From Clostridia bacterium (GTDB taxonomy: Bacteria > Bacillota > Clostridia > Acetivibrionales > JBAZRJ01): a stretch of 64,000 nucleotides of DNA. The notes beneath the pieces were generated by a model, which worked only from the letters and a program-made list of their open reading frames with translations, was not told the origin of the DNA and made no database searches. The stretch spans positions 4,667 through 68,666 of the forward strand of contig JBAZRJ010000001.1 of NCBI GenBank assembly GCA_041662985.1. The letters are read 5' to 3'. How positions within the stretch are numbered: the first letter of the stretch is position 1; each line of letters starts with the position of its first letter. This document shows positions 18,434-27,580 of this stretch, in pieces. Position numbers and translations under genes: made by a program.

Positions 18434-19051
18434 TTACAAATCCGGTTTAATGAGTTTAATGTTTTTTCTGACATAGTCAAAACCGGAATAAAGAGTGATG
18501 ATAACTGCCGCCAGCATCGCGTAAAAATCAAACGGAAAATTAGTTACAAGTGATAACGGCCAATTTTTTAAAAGAATCATTGAAATTGCAACCATTTGGA
18601 ATATGGTTTTTATTTTACCAACCATGCTTGCCGCTATAACGATGCCCTCGCCTGCCGCGACGAGCCTTAATCCTGTAACAATTAAATCTCTCCCAATGAT
18701 AATCATTGCAGCCCAGCCTGACAAATCACCGCTTTGAACAAGCGCAATCAGCGCAGCAGTGGTTAAAAGCTTATCTGCTATAGGATCAAGAAATTTTCCG
18801 AAACTCGTCACCAAATCACGTTTTCTGGCAATATAACCGTCGACTCCGTCTGTAGATGATGCGATGATAAAGAGTATTGCGGCAATATAATTTCCATAAT
18901 GGGCTATAAAGTAGTCGATTGATACTAACTGTGGGTGAATGAACATAAGAAGATTATTTGTAAGCATCCAGTCGGGTATTGGAACTACAAAAAACATGAA
19001 TACAGGTACAAAAAGAATTCTTAAAATTGTAATCTTATTTGGCAGATTCAT
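18434..19051 (-). CDS. pgsA: CDP-diacylglycerol--glycerol-3-phosphate 3-phosphatidyltransferase
   Basis: CDP-alcohol phosphatidyltransferase motif DGVDGYIARK...G..LDPIADK. Multi-TM. ATG 19051 overlaps the rimO end. Confidence 0.9.
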   Translation of the reverse strand: MNLPNKITILRILFVPVFMFFVVPIPDWMLTNNLLMFIHPQLVSIDYFIAHYGNYIAAILFIIASSTDGVDGYIARKRDLVTSFGKFLDPIADKLLTTAALIALVQSGDLSGWAAMIIIGRDLIVTGLRLVAAGEGIVIAASMVGKIKTIFQMVAISMILLKNWPLSLVTNFPFDFYAMLAAVIITLYSGFDYVRKNIKLIKPDL

Positions 19052-20375
19052 ACAAAACATCTCCTATTAAGTCATAGTCTTCGGTATTCAGAATTTTAAC
19101 ATCGGCAAATGTTCCAATTTTTAGAGGCACCGATGACGTAAAGTGAATTAGTCCGTCTATATCAGGTGATTCAGCATAAGAACGCCCAAAATAAAATATA
19201 CCGTCATCCGAAATTCCCTCAATCAATACCGCATATATTTTATCGATACGATCCATGTTTAATTCAGCTGCAATTTTCGACTGAATTGACATTAATTTAT
19301 GATATCTTTGATTTTTTACTGCTTTGGAAACCTGGTTCTTCATTTGAAACGCAGGCGTTCCCTCTTCATTAGAATAAACGAATACACCTAATCTGTCAAA
19401 CCTAAAAGAGGATATATTTTTTATCATAATTTCATGGTCTGCGGCATCTTCCCCGGGAAATCCTGTTATAAGCGTAGTTCTTATAATAATGCCCGGGATT
19501 CTTTTTCTAAGCATCTTGATAAGGTTTGAAATAAGAGCGTTTGTCTCTTTCCTGCCCATGAGTTTTAGTATTTTATCGGAAAAGTGCTGAATCGGAATAT
19601 CAATATACTTTACAAGTTTTTTATTCGATGCAAATTCTTCGATTAATTCCTCCGTTACGTCCTGAGGGTAACAATAAAGTACTCTTATCCATTCGATTCC
19701 GACGATTTTACTGAGTTCTCTAATCAAAAACGGCAATTTTTTTTCGTTGTATAAATCGACTCCGTATTTCGTTGTATCCTGTGCTACAAGTATTATTTCT
19801 TTAATTCCTTTATCGGACAGCCACTTAGCCTCGCTGACAATATCTTCGATTTTTCTGCTTCTGTATCTGCCTCTCAATGCCGGTATAATACAGTAAGTAC
19901 AATGGTTTCCGCAACCCTCGGCTATTTTTATATATGCGGATCCCTTGTTTTCAGTCAGTATTCTCTCATTTTCAAGATATGAAATTTCGTTAAGTTTTCC
20001 GTAGAGTTCGGTTTTTTTGCCGCTGTAAGCATTATTTATAATAGAAACTATATTCCCGTACTCCCCCGTTCCTGCTATAGAGTCGACTTCGGGTATCTGT
20101 TCTCTAATCTGCCTATGATATCTTTCAGCCAAACAGCCGATGACAATTAAAAGTTCGCAATTTGATTTTTTATACTCGGCCATTTCCAAAATTGCATTTA
20201 TTGATTCCTGCTTCGCCGATTCAATAAAACCGCATGTATTAACAATGATTATATTTGCCGCTGTTTCGTCGGAGGTTATTTCATATCCGCCTTTATTGAG
20301 CAAACCCAGCATAACTTCTGTATCAATTAGATTTTTTGGACATCCAAGGGATACAATTCCTATCTTTTTCTTCAA
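19035..20375 (-). CDS. rimO: ribosomal protein S12 methylthiotransferase RimO
   Basis: (M)KKKIGIVSLGCPKN N-terminus, radical-SAM CGNHCTYC, C-terminal TRAM domain. I prefer TTG 20375 (GGGAG 7 nt upstream) to the track start at 20405. Confidence 0.92.
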   Translation of the reverse strand: MKKKIGIVSLGCPKNLIDTEVMLGLLNKGGYEITSDETAANIIIVNTCGFIESAKQESINAILEMAEYKKSNCELLIVIGCLAERYHRQIREQIPEVDSIAGTGEYGNIVSIINNAYSGKKTELYGKLNEISYLENERILTENKGSAYIKIAEGCGNHCTYCIIPALRGRYRSRKIEDIVSEAKWLSDKGIKEIILVAQDTTKYGVDLYNEKKLPFLIRELSKIVGIEWIRVLYCYPQDVTEELIEEFASNKKLVKYIDIPIQHFSDKILKLMGRKETNALISNLIKMLRKRIPGIIIRTTLITGFPGEDAADHEIMIKNISSFRFDRLGVFVYSNEEGTPAFQMKNQVSKAVKNQRYHKLMSIQSKIAAELNMDRIDKIYAVLIEGISDDGIFYFGRSYAESPDIDGLIHFTSSVPLKIGTFADVKILNTEDYDLIGDVLYESAK

Positions 20376-20654
20376 AATATCACTCCCAAATCCATTATCC
20401 TTCAATTAATATACACCTTTAAAGTTAATTTAACAATAAAATATGAAATTACTGTTAACAATATTTAAACATAGTATTTAACTGCATTTCAAATTACTAT
20501 TTATAATATGAATTTGTACTAAAAAATATTGCATTGAAAATGTATTTATAATATACTTTTTATGATAAAATTGTTACCTGTTAATAATACTAAATCAGAA
20601 ATATTTTAATCGTTGATTTTTAATAACAATAACTATAATTTAAGGGGTGTTTAA

Positions 20655-21812
20655 ATGAATTATTTTTTAACTGAAGAACAGCAGATGATTAAGGATCTTG
20701 CGGCCACAATAGCAAACGAAAAAATTGCACCGATAGCAATTCAATATGACGAAGAAGGAACATTCCCGTCTGATATCGTAAAAATACTTGCGGATTCAGA
20801 CTTATGCGGCGTATATATTCCCGAAGAATTTGGTGGTTTAGGCGGCGGAATATTTGAAATGGCACTTGTTGTTGAAGAATTGAGCAGAGCCTGCGGAGGT
20901 ATTTCGCTGGCATTTGCCGGAACGGGTCTGGGAACCTTCCCTATCATTCTCTATGGGTCGGATGAACAAAAATCAAAATATTTGCCTGACATAGCATCCG
21001 GCAAGAAACTTGCGGCATTTGGGTTAACTGAGGCGAATGCGGGCAGTGATGCGGCAGGTATTCAAACAACAGCAGTTTTGGACGGTGATGAATATATTCT
21101 AAACGGAACAAAACAATGGATTACAAACGGAGATCAGGCGGATATCTTTACTGTTATTGCTTGCACGAACAGAGCCAAAGGTGCCAGAGGTTTCTCTGCT
21201 TTTATAGTTGAAAAAGGAACTCCGGGATTTTCATTTGGAAAGAAAGAGAACAAAATGGGAATCAGAGCATCGCGCACCAGCGAGCTTGTTTTTGAAGATT
21301 GCAGAATTCCAAAAGAAAACATTATCTCAAGAGAAGGAATGGGATTTATCGTTGCAATGAAGACACTTGACAGAACAAGACCGGGAGTAGCTGCACAAGC
21401 TCTGGGAATTGCTCAGGGGGCGTTTGACGCTGCTCTGAAATATTCCAGAGAAAGAGTTCAGTTTAACCAGCCTATATCCTCCTTCCAGGCAGTTCAGCAT
21501 ATGTTGGCCGATATGGCAATTCAGATTGAAGCTTCAAGATGCTTGGTTTATCAGACTTGCAGGCATATCGATTCAGGAGAGAAAGATATTTCAAAAGAAT
21601 CGGCAATGTCAAAGGTTATGGCATCAGATACTGCTATGAAAGTTACTGTGGACGCGGTTCAGGTTATGGGTGGTTATGGATATATGAAAGAATATCCTGT
21701 TGAAAAAATGATGAGAGACGCAAAAATTACTCAAATTTATGAAGGCACAAATCAAATACAAAGAAATGTTATCGCACTTGAATTAATAAAAGGATTAGCC
21801 GGAAAACAATAA
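20655..21812 (+). CDS. acyl-CoA dehydrogenase (short-chain/butyryl-CoA dehydrogenase-like)
   Basis: 385 aa with GLTEANAGSDA, a QWITNG region and the C-terminal YEGTNQIQRNVIA signature. AAGGGG RBS. Confidence 0.93.
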   Translation: MNYFLTEEQQMIKDLAATIANEKIAPIAIQYDEEGTFPSDIVKILADSDLCGVYIPEEFGGLGGGIFEMALVVEELSRACGGISLAFAGTGLGTFPIILYGSDEQKSKYLPDIASGKKLAAFGLTEANAGSDAAGIQTTAVLDGDEYILNGTKQWITNGDQADIFTVIACTNRAKGARGFSAFIVEKGTPGFSFGKKENKMGIRASRTSELVFEDCRIPKENIISREGMGFIVAMKTLDRTRPGVAAQALGIAQGAFDAALKYSRERVQFNQPISSFQAVQHMLADMAIQIEASRCLVYQTCRHIDSGEKDISKESAMSKVMASDTAMKVTVDAVQVMGGYGYMKEYPVEKMMRDAKITQIYEGTNQIQRNVIALELIKGLAGKQ

Positions 21813-21862
21813 TGATATAATACCGAAGACAATAGATATTGAACTTAAGGGAGTGTAATTAA

Positions 21863-22657
21863 TTGAACATAATAGTCTGTATCAAGCAGGTCCCCGGAAC
21901 GAATGAAGTAAAAATGAATATGGAAACCAACACAATAATTCGCGAGGGGGTTGAAGCAATTGTAAATCCTTTCGATATGTATGCTGTTGAAGAAGCCTTG
22001 AGGATCAGGGACAATCTCGGAGGTAGGGTTACTGCGTTGAGCATGGGAATACCAGCCGTTTCAGTTCTATTAAAAGACATGATTGGCCTTGGAGTTGACG
22101 ATGCAGTTTTAATGAGTGACAGAGCTTTTGCGGGTGCTGATTCTCTGGCCACATCGTATACACTTTCCATGGGTATAAAAAAAATAGGCGGATATGATTT
22201 AATAATTTGCGGCAAACAGGCAACCGATGGCGATACAGCTCAGGTTGGTCCGAGCCTTGCTGAAAAGCTTGGATTGCCTCACACCACCTATGTCAGAAGA
22301 ATAGAAGAAATTAAAGAAGGCTATATCAGATGCCAGCGGTTGACCGATGACGGATATGAGGTCATAGAGATGCCTCTTCCGGCAGTGATAACAGTGGTTA
22401 AAGAAATAAATGAACCAAGACTGCCTTCCATAAAGGCCATGATGAGAGCAAAAAAAGCCGAGGTTACTGTCTGGACGGCAGATGATGTTGGTGCAGATAT
22501 AGATAAATGCGGTTTAAAAGGCTCCCCTACGCAGGTCGTAAAAACATTTATTCCTGTACACGATATTGAAAGCGAAGTGTTTGAAGGAACACCTGAAGAG
22601 CAGTCGAAACAACTTGTTGAAAAACTTACGAACATGAAATTCAAGATTTGCACCTGA
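21863..22657 (+). CDS. etfB: electron transfer flavoprotein beta subunit
   Basis: MNIIVCIKQVPG N-terminus, DLIICGKQATDGDTAQVG. TTG start after AAGGGAG. Confidence 0.93.
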   Translation: MNIIVCIKQVPGTNEVKMNMETNTIIREGVEAIVNPFDMYAVEEALRIRDNLGGRVTALSMGIPAVSVLLKDMIGLGVDDAVLMSDRAFAGADSLATSYTLSMGIKKIGGYDLIICGKQATDGDTAQVGPSLAEKLGLPHTTYVRRIEEIKEGYIRCQRLTDDGYEVIEMPLPAVITVVKEINEPRLPSIKAMMRAKKAEVTVWTADDVGADIDKCGLKGSPTQVVKTFIPVHDIESEVFEGTPEEQSKQLVEKLTNMKFKICT

Positions 22658-22784
22658 TTAAGGAATTATGTTGTAAAAAATCATACAATAAATAAGCTTG
22701 TAATAAATGAGAGTGTAGTAAATGATCAAATATAAAATTCTATACAATCGTTTTTCACAAAGGAAATACCGGAGGTTATAAATA

Positions 22785-23978
22785 ATGGCAAGCATTAATA
22801 TTATTAAGGACAAATGCATCGGATGCAAAATATGCATATCAAACTGTCCATTCGGAGCAATAAAAGTTGAAAATAAAAAAGCAGAAATTCTTGAAAACTG
22901 TACATTATGCGGTGCTTGTGTCTCATCGTGTAAATTCATGGCGATAGATTTTCAAAAGGACGAAGTTAAAGGAACTGCAGACTTGGAATCATACAAAGGC
23001 GTTTTGGTTTTTGGCGAGCAAAAGAACGGTATTGTTGAAAATGTTGCGATGGAACTTTTGGGTGAAGGCAGAAAACTTGCAGATGCACTATCCACGCCTT
23101 TGTCAGTTGTTGTTTTGGGACATGACATTAAGGATAAAGCTGAAAATCTAATTAAATACGGAGCTGATAAAGTTTATTTGGTTGATGATAAGTCATTGGA
23201 AATATTCAACGATGAATCATATTGCGATATCATTGTTCAAATAATCAATAAGTATAAGCCCGAAATAGTCTTGTTTGGGGCTACAACATACGGAAGGTCG
23301 CTGGCTCCGAGAATTTCATCAAGAATAAATACCGGGCTTACCGCTGACTGTACAGGATTGGAAATCGATCCAAAAGATAAAGTTTTAATGCAAACGAGAC
23401 CGGCGTTTGGCGGAAATCTTATGGCAACTATAATGTGTCCAAATCACAGACCTCAAATGTCCACGGTAAGACCAAAAGTAATGAAACCTCTTGAAATTGA
23501 CAATAAAAGAATCGGTGAAGTAATTATACCGAATATATCAATTCCATCTAATCTCAAGGTAAATGTTAAGGAAATAGTTTCCGACTTATGCGAAATGGTC
23601 AATCTTACTGAAGCTGATATAATCGTATCAGGAGGAAGAGGTCTGGGAGATCCGAAAAACTTTAAGTTGCTTGAGGATTTGGCAAAGGTTCTAAATGGAG
23701 CTGTTGGCGCTTCTCGCGCTGCCGTTGATGCGGGTTGGATTGAATACAGTCACCAGGTAGGTCAAACAGGTAAAACTGTGGGGCCGAAAATATATTTTGC
23801 ATGTGGTATTTCCGGAGCAGTTCAGCATTTAGCGGGTATGTCATCAGCTGATACTATTATTGCAATAAACAAAAACCCGGATGCCCCTATTTTTAAAATA
23901 GCTCATTTTGGTATTGTGGGAGATGTTTTGGAAGTTATACCTGCTTTGATTAGTGAATTTAGAGCTAAACTTGGGTAA
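22785..23978 (+). CDS. etfA: electron transfer flavoprotein alpha subunit with an N-terminal 2x[4Fe-4S] ferredoxin domain
   Basis: CIGCKICISNCP and CTLCGACVSSC motifs lie in the first ~60 aa. The EtfA core follows, with the FAD-binding region VSGGRG...GASRAAVDAGW...QVGQTGK. GGAGG RBS. Confidence 0.93.
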   Translation: MASINIIKDKCIGCKICISNCPFGAIKVENKKAEILENCTLCGACVSSCKFMAIDFQKDEVKGTADLESYKGVLVFGEQKNGIVENVAMELLGEGRKLADALSTPLSVVVLGHDIKDKAENLIKYGADKVYLVDDKSLEIFNDESYCDIIVQIINKYKPEIVLFGATTYGRSLAPRISSRINTGLTADCTGLEIDPKDKVLMQTRPAFGGNLMATIMCPNHRPQMSTVRPKVMKPLEIDNKRIGEVIIPNISIPSNLKVNVKEIVSDLCEMVNLTEADIIVSGGRGLGDPKNFKLLEDLAKVLNGAVGASRAAVDAGWIEYSHQVGQTGKTVGPKIYFACGISGAVQHLAGMSSADTIIAINKNPDAPIFKIAHFGIVGDVLEVIPALISEFRAKLG

Positions 23979-24049
23979 GAGGGCAAAGAACATCGTTGAA
24001 TAAAACAAATGTGGTATCGAATAATAAAAGATGTTTAAGCTTAAGAATA

Positions 24050-24077
24050 AAAGATGGTGCGATTATACACCATCTTT
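24050..24077. terminator. bidirectional hairpin terminator between convergent etfA and recX
   Basis: AAAGATGGTG (24050-24059), 8-nt loop, CACCATCTTT (24068-24077). A/T-rich runs on both sides. The recX stop codon sits in the loop. Confidence 0.7.
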
Positions 24078-24725
24078 AAAATTTTCGGATCGATCTTCTT
24101 TTTCGGGCTGCTCTTCCTTCAAAGTTTCAAAGGCATTTTTAATATCTTCGTAATTAAGACCTTTTCTTGATAAAAACGAAAAGACTTTTTTAATAATCTT
24201 CTCATCGGTCAAGTCATTTTTACCAAATTTTTTTTTCATCAAAATGAATGCAACAGCCTTGTCGTCTAAGGCGCATTCTTCTATGACCTTATCGGCAAGC
24301 AATTTTGAAATCCCCTTATTTACAAGATTGTATTTCAACATTTTTTTAGAGAGCGGCCTCAGTTTATTCTTATCATATATGTACTTCCTTGAATAAATTT
24401 TATCATTAATGTAGCCCATTGATTTTAATTCAGCAATTGCACTTTCAATTGTATCGTCGTCAAACCCTTTCTTTATAAGCTTGTCGACAATTTCTTTTTC
24501 GCTTCTGATTTTATAGGATAAGAAATTTATTGCACAAAACTTTGCTGAATTTACATTAAGTTTTTCTCTGATGAAAGTTATATCTTCCACATACATTTCT
24601 TTATCGACGTGTAAAGAAAGATTATCAAAGTCCTTTTTCGAAACCGAAAAGGAATATTTGCCGTCAACATATACTGACAACCTGTCGTTCTTTCCGGTGT
24701 CGTTGTTTATGGAAGTGATTTTCAT
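24063..24725 (-). CDS. recX: recombination regulator RecX
   Basis: 220 aa helical-repeat protein immediately downstream of recA, with a RecX-like repeat pattern (YINDKIYSRKYI...). Confidence 0.88.
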   Translation of the reverse strand: MKITSINNDTGKNDRLSVYVDGKYSFSVSKKDFDNLSLHVDKEMYVEDITFIREKLNVNSAKFCAINFLSYKIRSEKEIVDKLIKKGFDDDTIESAIAELKSMGYINDKIYSRKYIYDKNKLRPLSKKMLKYNLVNKGISKLLADKVIEECALDDKAVAFILMKKKFGKNDLTDEKIIKKVFSFLSRKGLNYEDIKNAFETLKEEQPEKEDRSENFKDGV

Positions 24726-24791
24726 CAGGTTTTCTCCCCTATTGTTAGTACATTATATGCAAAAATGTTAGTATATCATATGCAAAAAATA

Positions 24792-25862
24792 TCAAACTTT
24801 GCTTTCTTCGGTATCAACCAAATTACCTGATAAATCAGGATCTGCAGCAACATAATCGATTTCCATGCTTTTTATAAATGCCTTACTGTAGTTATCCCTG
24901 ATTATCTTTTCTATTTCGTTTGCAATCTTTGTGTTTTCTTTTAAAAATTGTTTTGCATTATCCCTTCCTTGCCCGATTCTTTGGTCATTGTAAGAGAACC
25001 ATGAACCGCTTTTGTTAATGATATCATTATTGACTGCAACATCAAGAATACTTCCCTCTTTTGAGATACCCTGGCCATACATTATATCTACTTCAGCTTC
25101 CTTAAACGGCGGAGCAACCTTGTTCTTCACTACTTTGATTCTGGTTCTGTTCCCGATCATCTCCGTTCCCGATTTCAGGGTTTCTATTCTTCTGACATCA
25201 AGTCTTACTGTCGAATAAAATTTAAGAGCTCTTCCTCCGGATGTTGTTTCGGGACTTCCGAACATAACACCGACTTTTTCCCTTAATTGATTTATAAAAA
25301 TGCAGGTTGTTTTTGATTTGCTTATTACGCCTGCAAGCTTTCTTAGTGCCTGAGACATAAGCCTTGCCTGAAGTCCAACATGTGTATCTCCCATTTCGCC
25401 GTCTATCTCTGCTTTTGGAACAAGTGCGGCTACCGAATCAATTACAATTACATCTATTGCTCCGCTTCTTACAAGAGCTTCAGCAATTTCAAGGCCCTGC
25501 TCACCTGTGTCAGGCTGTGAAACAATAAGATTTTCAATATCAACGCCGAGTTTCCTCGCGTAAACCGGATCAAGTGCATGCTCTGCATCAATAAAAGCCG
25601 CATCTCCCCCTGCTTTTTGGGCTTCGGCGATAATATGTAGAGCAACGGTTGTTTTACCTGATGATTCAGGTCCGTATATTTCAACAATCCTTCCTCTGGG
25701 CACACCGCCTACACCAAGCGCAATATCAAGCCCAATTGCACCTGTTGGAATTGTCTCGATATTCATATGGGTATTTTCACCCAGCCTCATAACAGCACCT
25801 TTCCCAAACTGCTTTTCTATTTGTCCCATGGCCATTTCCAAAGCCTGCTTCTTCTCCATCAT
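24792..25862 (-). CDS. recA: recombinase RecA
   Basis: GPESSGKTT Walker A and [10 protein letters not shown]. Near-canonical RecA throughout. ATG 25862 lies 9 nt after GGGAGG. Confidence 0.98.
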   Translation of the reverse strand: MMEKKQALEMAMGQIEKQFGKGAVMRLGENTHMNIETIPTGAIGLDIALGVGGVPRGRIVEIYGPESSGKTTVALHIIAEAQKAGGDAAFIDAEHALDPVYARKLGVDIENLIVSQPDTGEQGLEIAEALVRSGAIDVIVIDSVAALVPKAEIDGEMGDTHVGLQARLMSQALRKLAGVISKSKTTCIFINQLREKVGVMFGSPETTSGGRALKFYSTVRLDVRRIETLKSGTEMIGNRTRIKVVKNKVAPPFKEAEVDIMYGQGISKEGSILDVAVNNDIINKSGSWFSYNDQRIGQGRDNAKQFLKENTKIANEIEKIIRDNYSKAFIKSMEIDYVAADPDLSGNLVDTEESKV

Positions 25863-25889
25863 AATATTTATCCTCCCAAACATTTAATA

Positions 25890-25903
25890 CGAACACCAGT
25901 TCT
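25890..25903 (-). promoter_or_regulatory. LexA/DinR SOS box (Cheo box) in the recA promoter
   Basis: CGAACACCAGTTCT matches the Gram-positive consensus CGAACnnnnGTTCn. It lies just downstream of the recA -10. Confidence 0.8.
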
Positions 25904-25908
25904 TTTTT

Positions 25909-25937
25909 ATTATATAGCATAAAATATAATACGTCAA
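25909..25937 (-). promoter_or_regulatory. sigma-A-type recA promoter
   Basis: On the - strand: TTGACG (25937-25932), 17-bp spacer, TATAAT (25914-25909). Confidence 0.75.
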
Positions 25938-25965
25938 CAATAAAATGTAAAAATATAACAAATAT

Positions 25966-27546
25966 TTATTTTTTTATTTTTGACAATTTTTTCACCGCGA
26001 TATTCAGAATGTTTTTTGCTTCGTCAAGCCTTAATGCATAGGCGATTCCGAAATATATAAGTAAGCCGGAAACAATTTCAATGATTAGAAAAGTAACTTC
26101 TTTCAACTTTTGAGACGAAGAAAATTTTGCTGCAAAATCAACAGGAACAAATTTATCTGTTGTAAAGAGAACAATTCCCATTACTAAAGATGCAATACAG
26201 ACTTTTATTAAAAAACTTTTTAAACTCCTTAAACTAAACAAACCTTTTTTCCTGCTTAAAATAAACAAAAGTGAAAATGCATTAAATGCACTTGACAGAG
26301 AAAAAGCCAGCGCTATCCCCGATACTCCGAGAGTTGTTGTGTTGTTGAATATAACGCAAAGACTTACATTTATAATAATTGTGCAGATACCCATGTACAA
26401 AGGTGTTTTTGTATCATTGACAGCATAAAAGGCTCTGCTTATTACTGCAAGTATTGACTGAGTAATCAATGCGAGCGAATAAAACATCAGAACATATCCT
26501 GTAGCATTAACATTTACCTTGTCCGACCACTTATAAATTACGCTGATAATCGGTTGTGCCAATACAACAAAAGCAACCATTGCCGGAATATTGATCATTA
26601 AGACATTTCTTAGTCCCTTTGAAATAATATTCCTAAAATCTACTATATCGCCCATTGCGTATTTATGCGAAAGCATCGGTAAAATAGCTATCGCCACACT
26701 GCCCGCAAAGATTCCGTAAGGAAGCTGCCAGGTGTCGTTGGCATTAGTCAGCAATGCAATGCTCCCAAGAGCGAATCCTGACGCGAAACTTGCTGAAATG
26801 ATTACATTCACCTGAATGATGGAAGAAGCCAGTAAGGACGGTATTGCGAGCTTAAAAAGCCCCTTGACTCCGCTGTGATGTATAAACAGTTTAAACCTAA
26901 AATATTTTAGATTCTTCCACGCGAATGATAATTGGAACAGGAAATAAATGATTGCGCTGCACATGACACCGAAGGCTGCAAATTGTACTCCATATCTGTA
27001 TAAAAACAATATACTCGCAATACTGCCGAGATTATAGACTATGGGGCCATATGCCGCAGCTGCAAACCTCTGATATGAGTTGAGTACACCGTTTAAAAGA
27101 CCTGCAAGCATAATAAAAGATACAGAAGGGAACAAAATCCGAATCAGGCTTACGGTTAATTCTTTTGAGGCGCTGCTAAAACCGGGGGCCAGGACATTTA
27201 CTATCTGAGGCGAAAAAATCACACCCAGAATACTTATTCCGGCCATAATCATCAATATTGTGTTTATAAATGTTCCTATCGTCTTCCAGCCGTCTTCTTC
27301 GTCTTTTCTGGCGATATACCCGGACAAGGCTGGAATCAATGCTGCTGAAATTGCTCCGCCAATAAGCAGATTGAACATCAAATCAGTGATTTTGAATGCC
27401 ATGAAATATGAATCGATATCCAGTTTTGTATGAAAAATGTTATTAATTAGAATTGTTCTGAAGTATCCGGTAAATCTGCTTAATATTATGGAACTCATGA
27501 TAATAAAGGCCGCACCGGTTAAATTCCTTTTTTGCATTTGATTCAA
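25966..27546 (-). CDS. murJ: lipid II flippase MurJ (MviN family)
   Basis: 526 aa, about 14 TM segments, MOP-superfamily MurJ-like N-terminus (SRFTGYFRTILINNIF). Confidence 0.88.
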   Translation of the reverse strand: MNQMQKRNLTGAAFIIMSSIILSRFTGYFRTILINNIFHTKLDIDSYFMAFKITDLMFNLLIGGAISAALIPALSGYIARKDEEDGWKTIGTFINTILMIMAGISILGVIFSPQIVNVLAPGFSSASKELTVSLIRILFPSVSFIMLAGLLNGVLNSYQRFAAAAYGPIVYNLGSIASILFLYRYGVQFAAFGVMCSAIIYFLFQLSFAWKNLKYFRFKLFIHHSGVKGLFKLAIPSLLASSIIQVNVIISASFASGFALGSIALLTNANDTWQLPYGIFAGSVAIAILPMLSHKYAMGDIVDFRNIISKGLRNVLMINIPAMVAFVVLAQPIISVIYKWSDKVNVNATGYVLMFYSLALITQSILAVISRAFYAVNDTKTPLYMGICTIIINVSLCVIFNNTTTLGVSGIALAFSLSSAFNAFSLLFILSRKKGLFSLRSLKSFLIKVCIASLVMGIVLFTTDKFVPVDFAAKFSSSQKLKEVTFLIIEIVSGLLIYFGIAYALRLDEAKNILNIAVKKLSKIKK

Positions 27547-27580
27547 ATTGAAGACTCCTCCATATGAATTAAGTAATAAT

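Noticed and set aside
20571-20588. TTGTTACCTGTTAATAAT (and TGTTAACA at 20453) upstream of acd, considered as Rex operators (TTGTTAAnnnnTTAACAA)
   Set aside because: Only the left half-site matches. The right half is poor, and in such AT-rich DNA this is not distinguishable from chance by eye.
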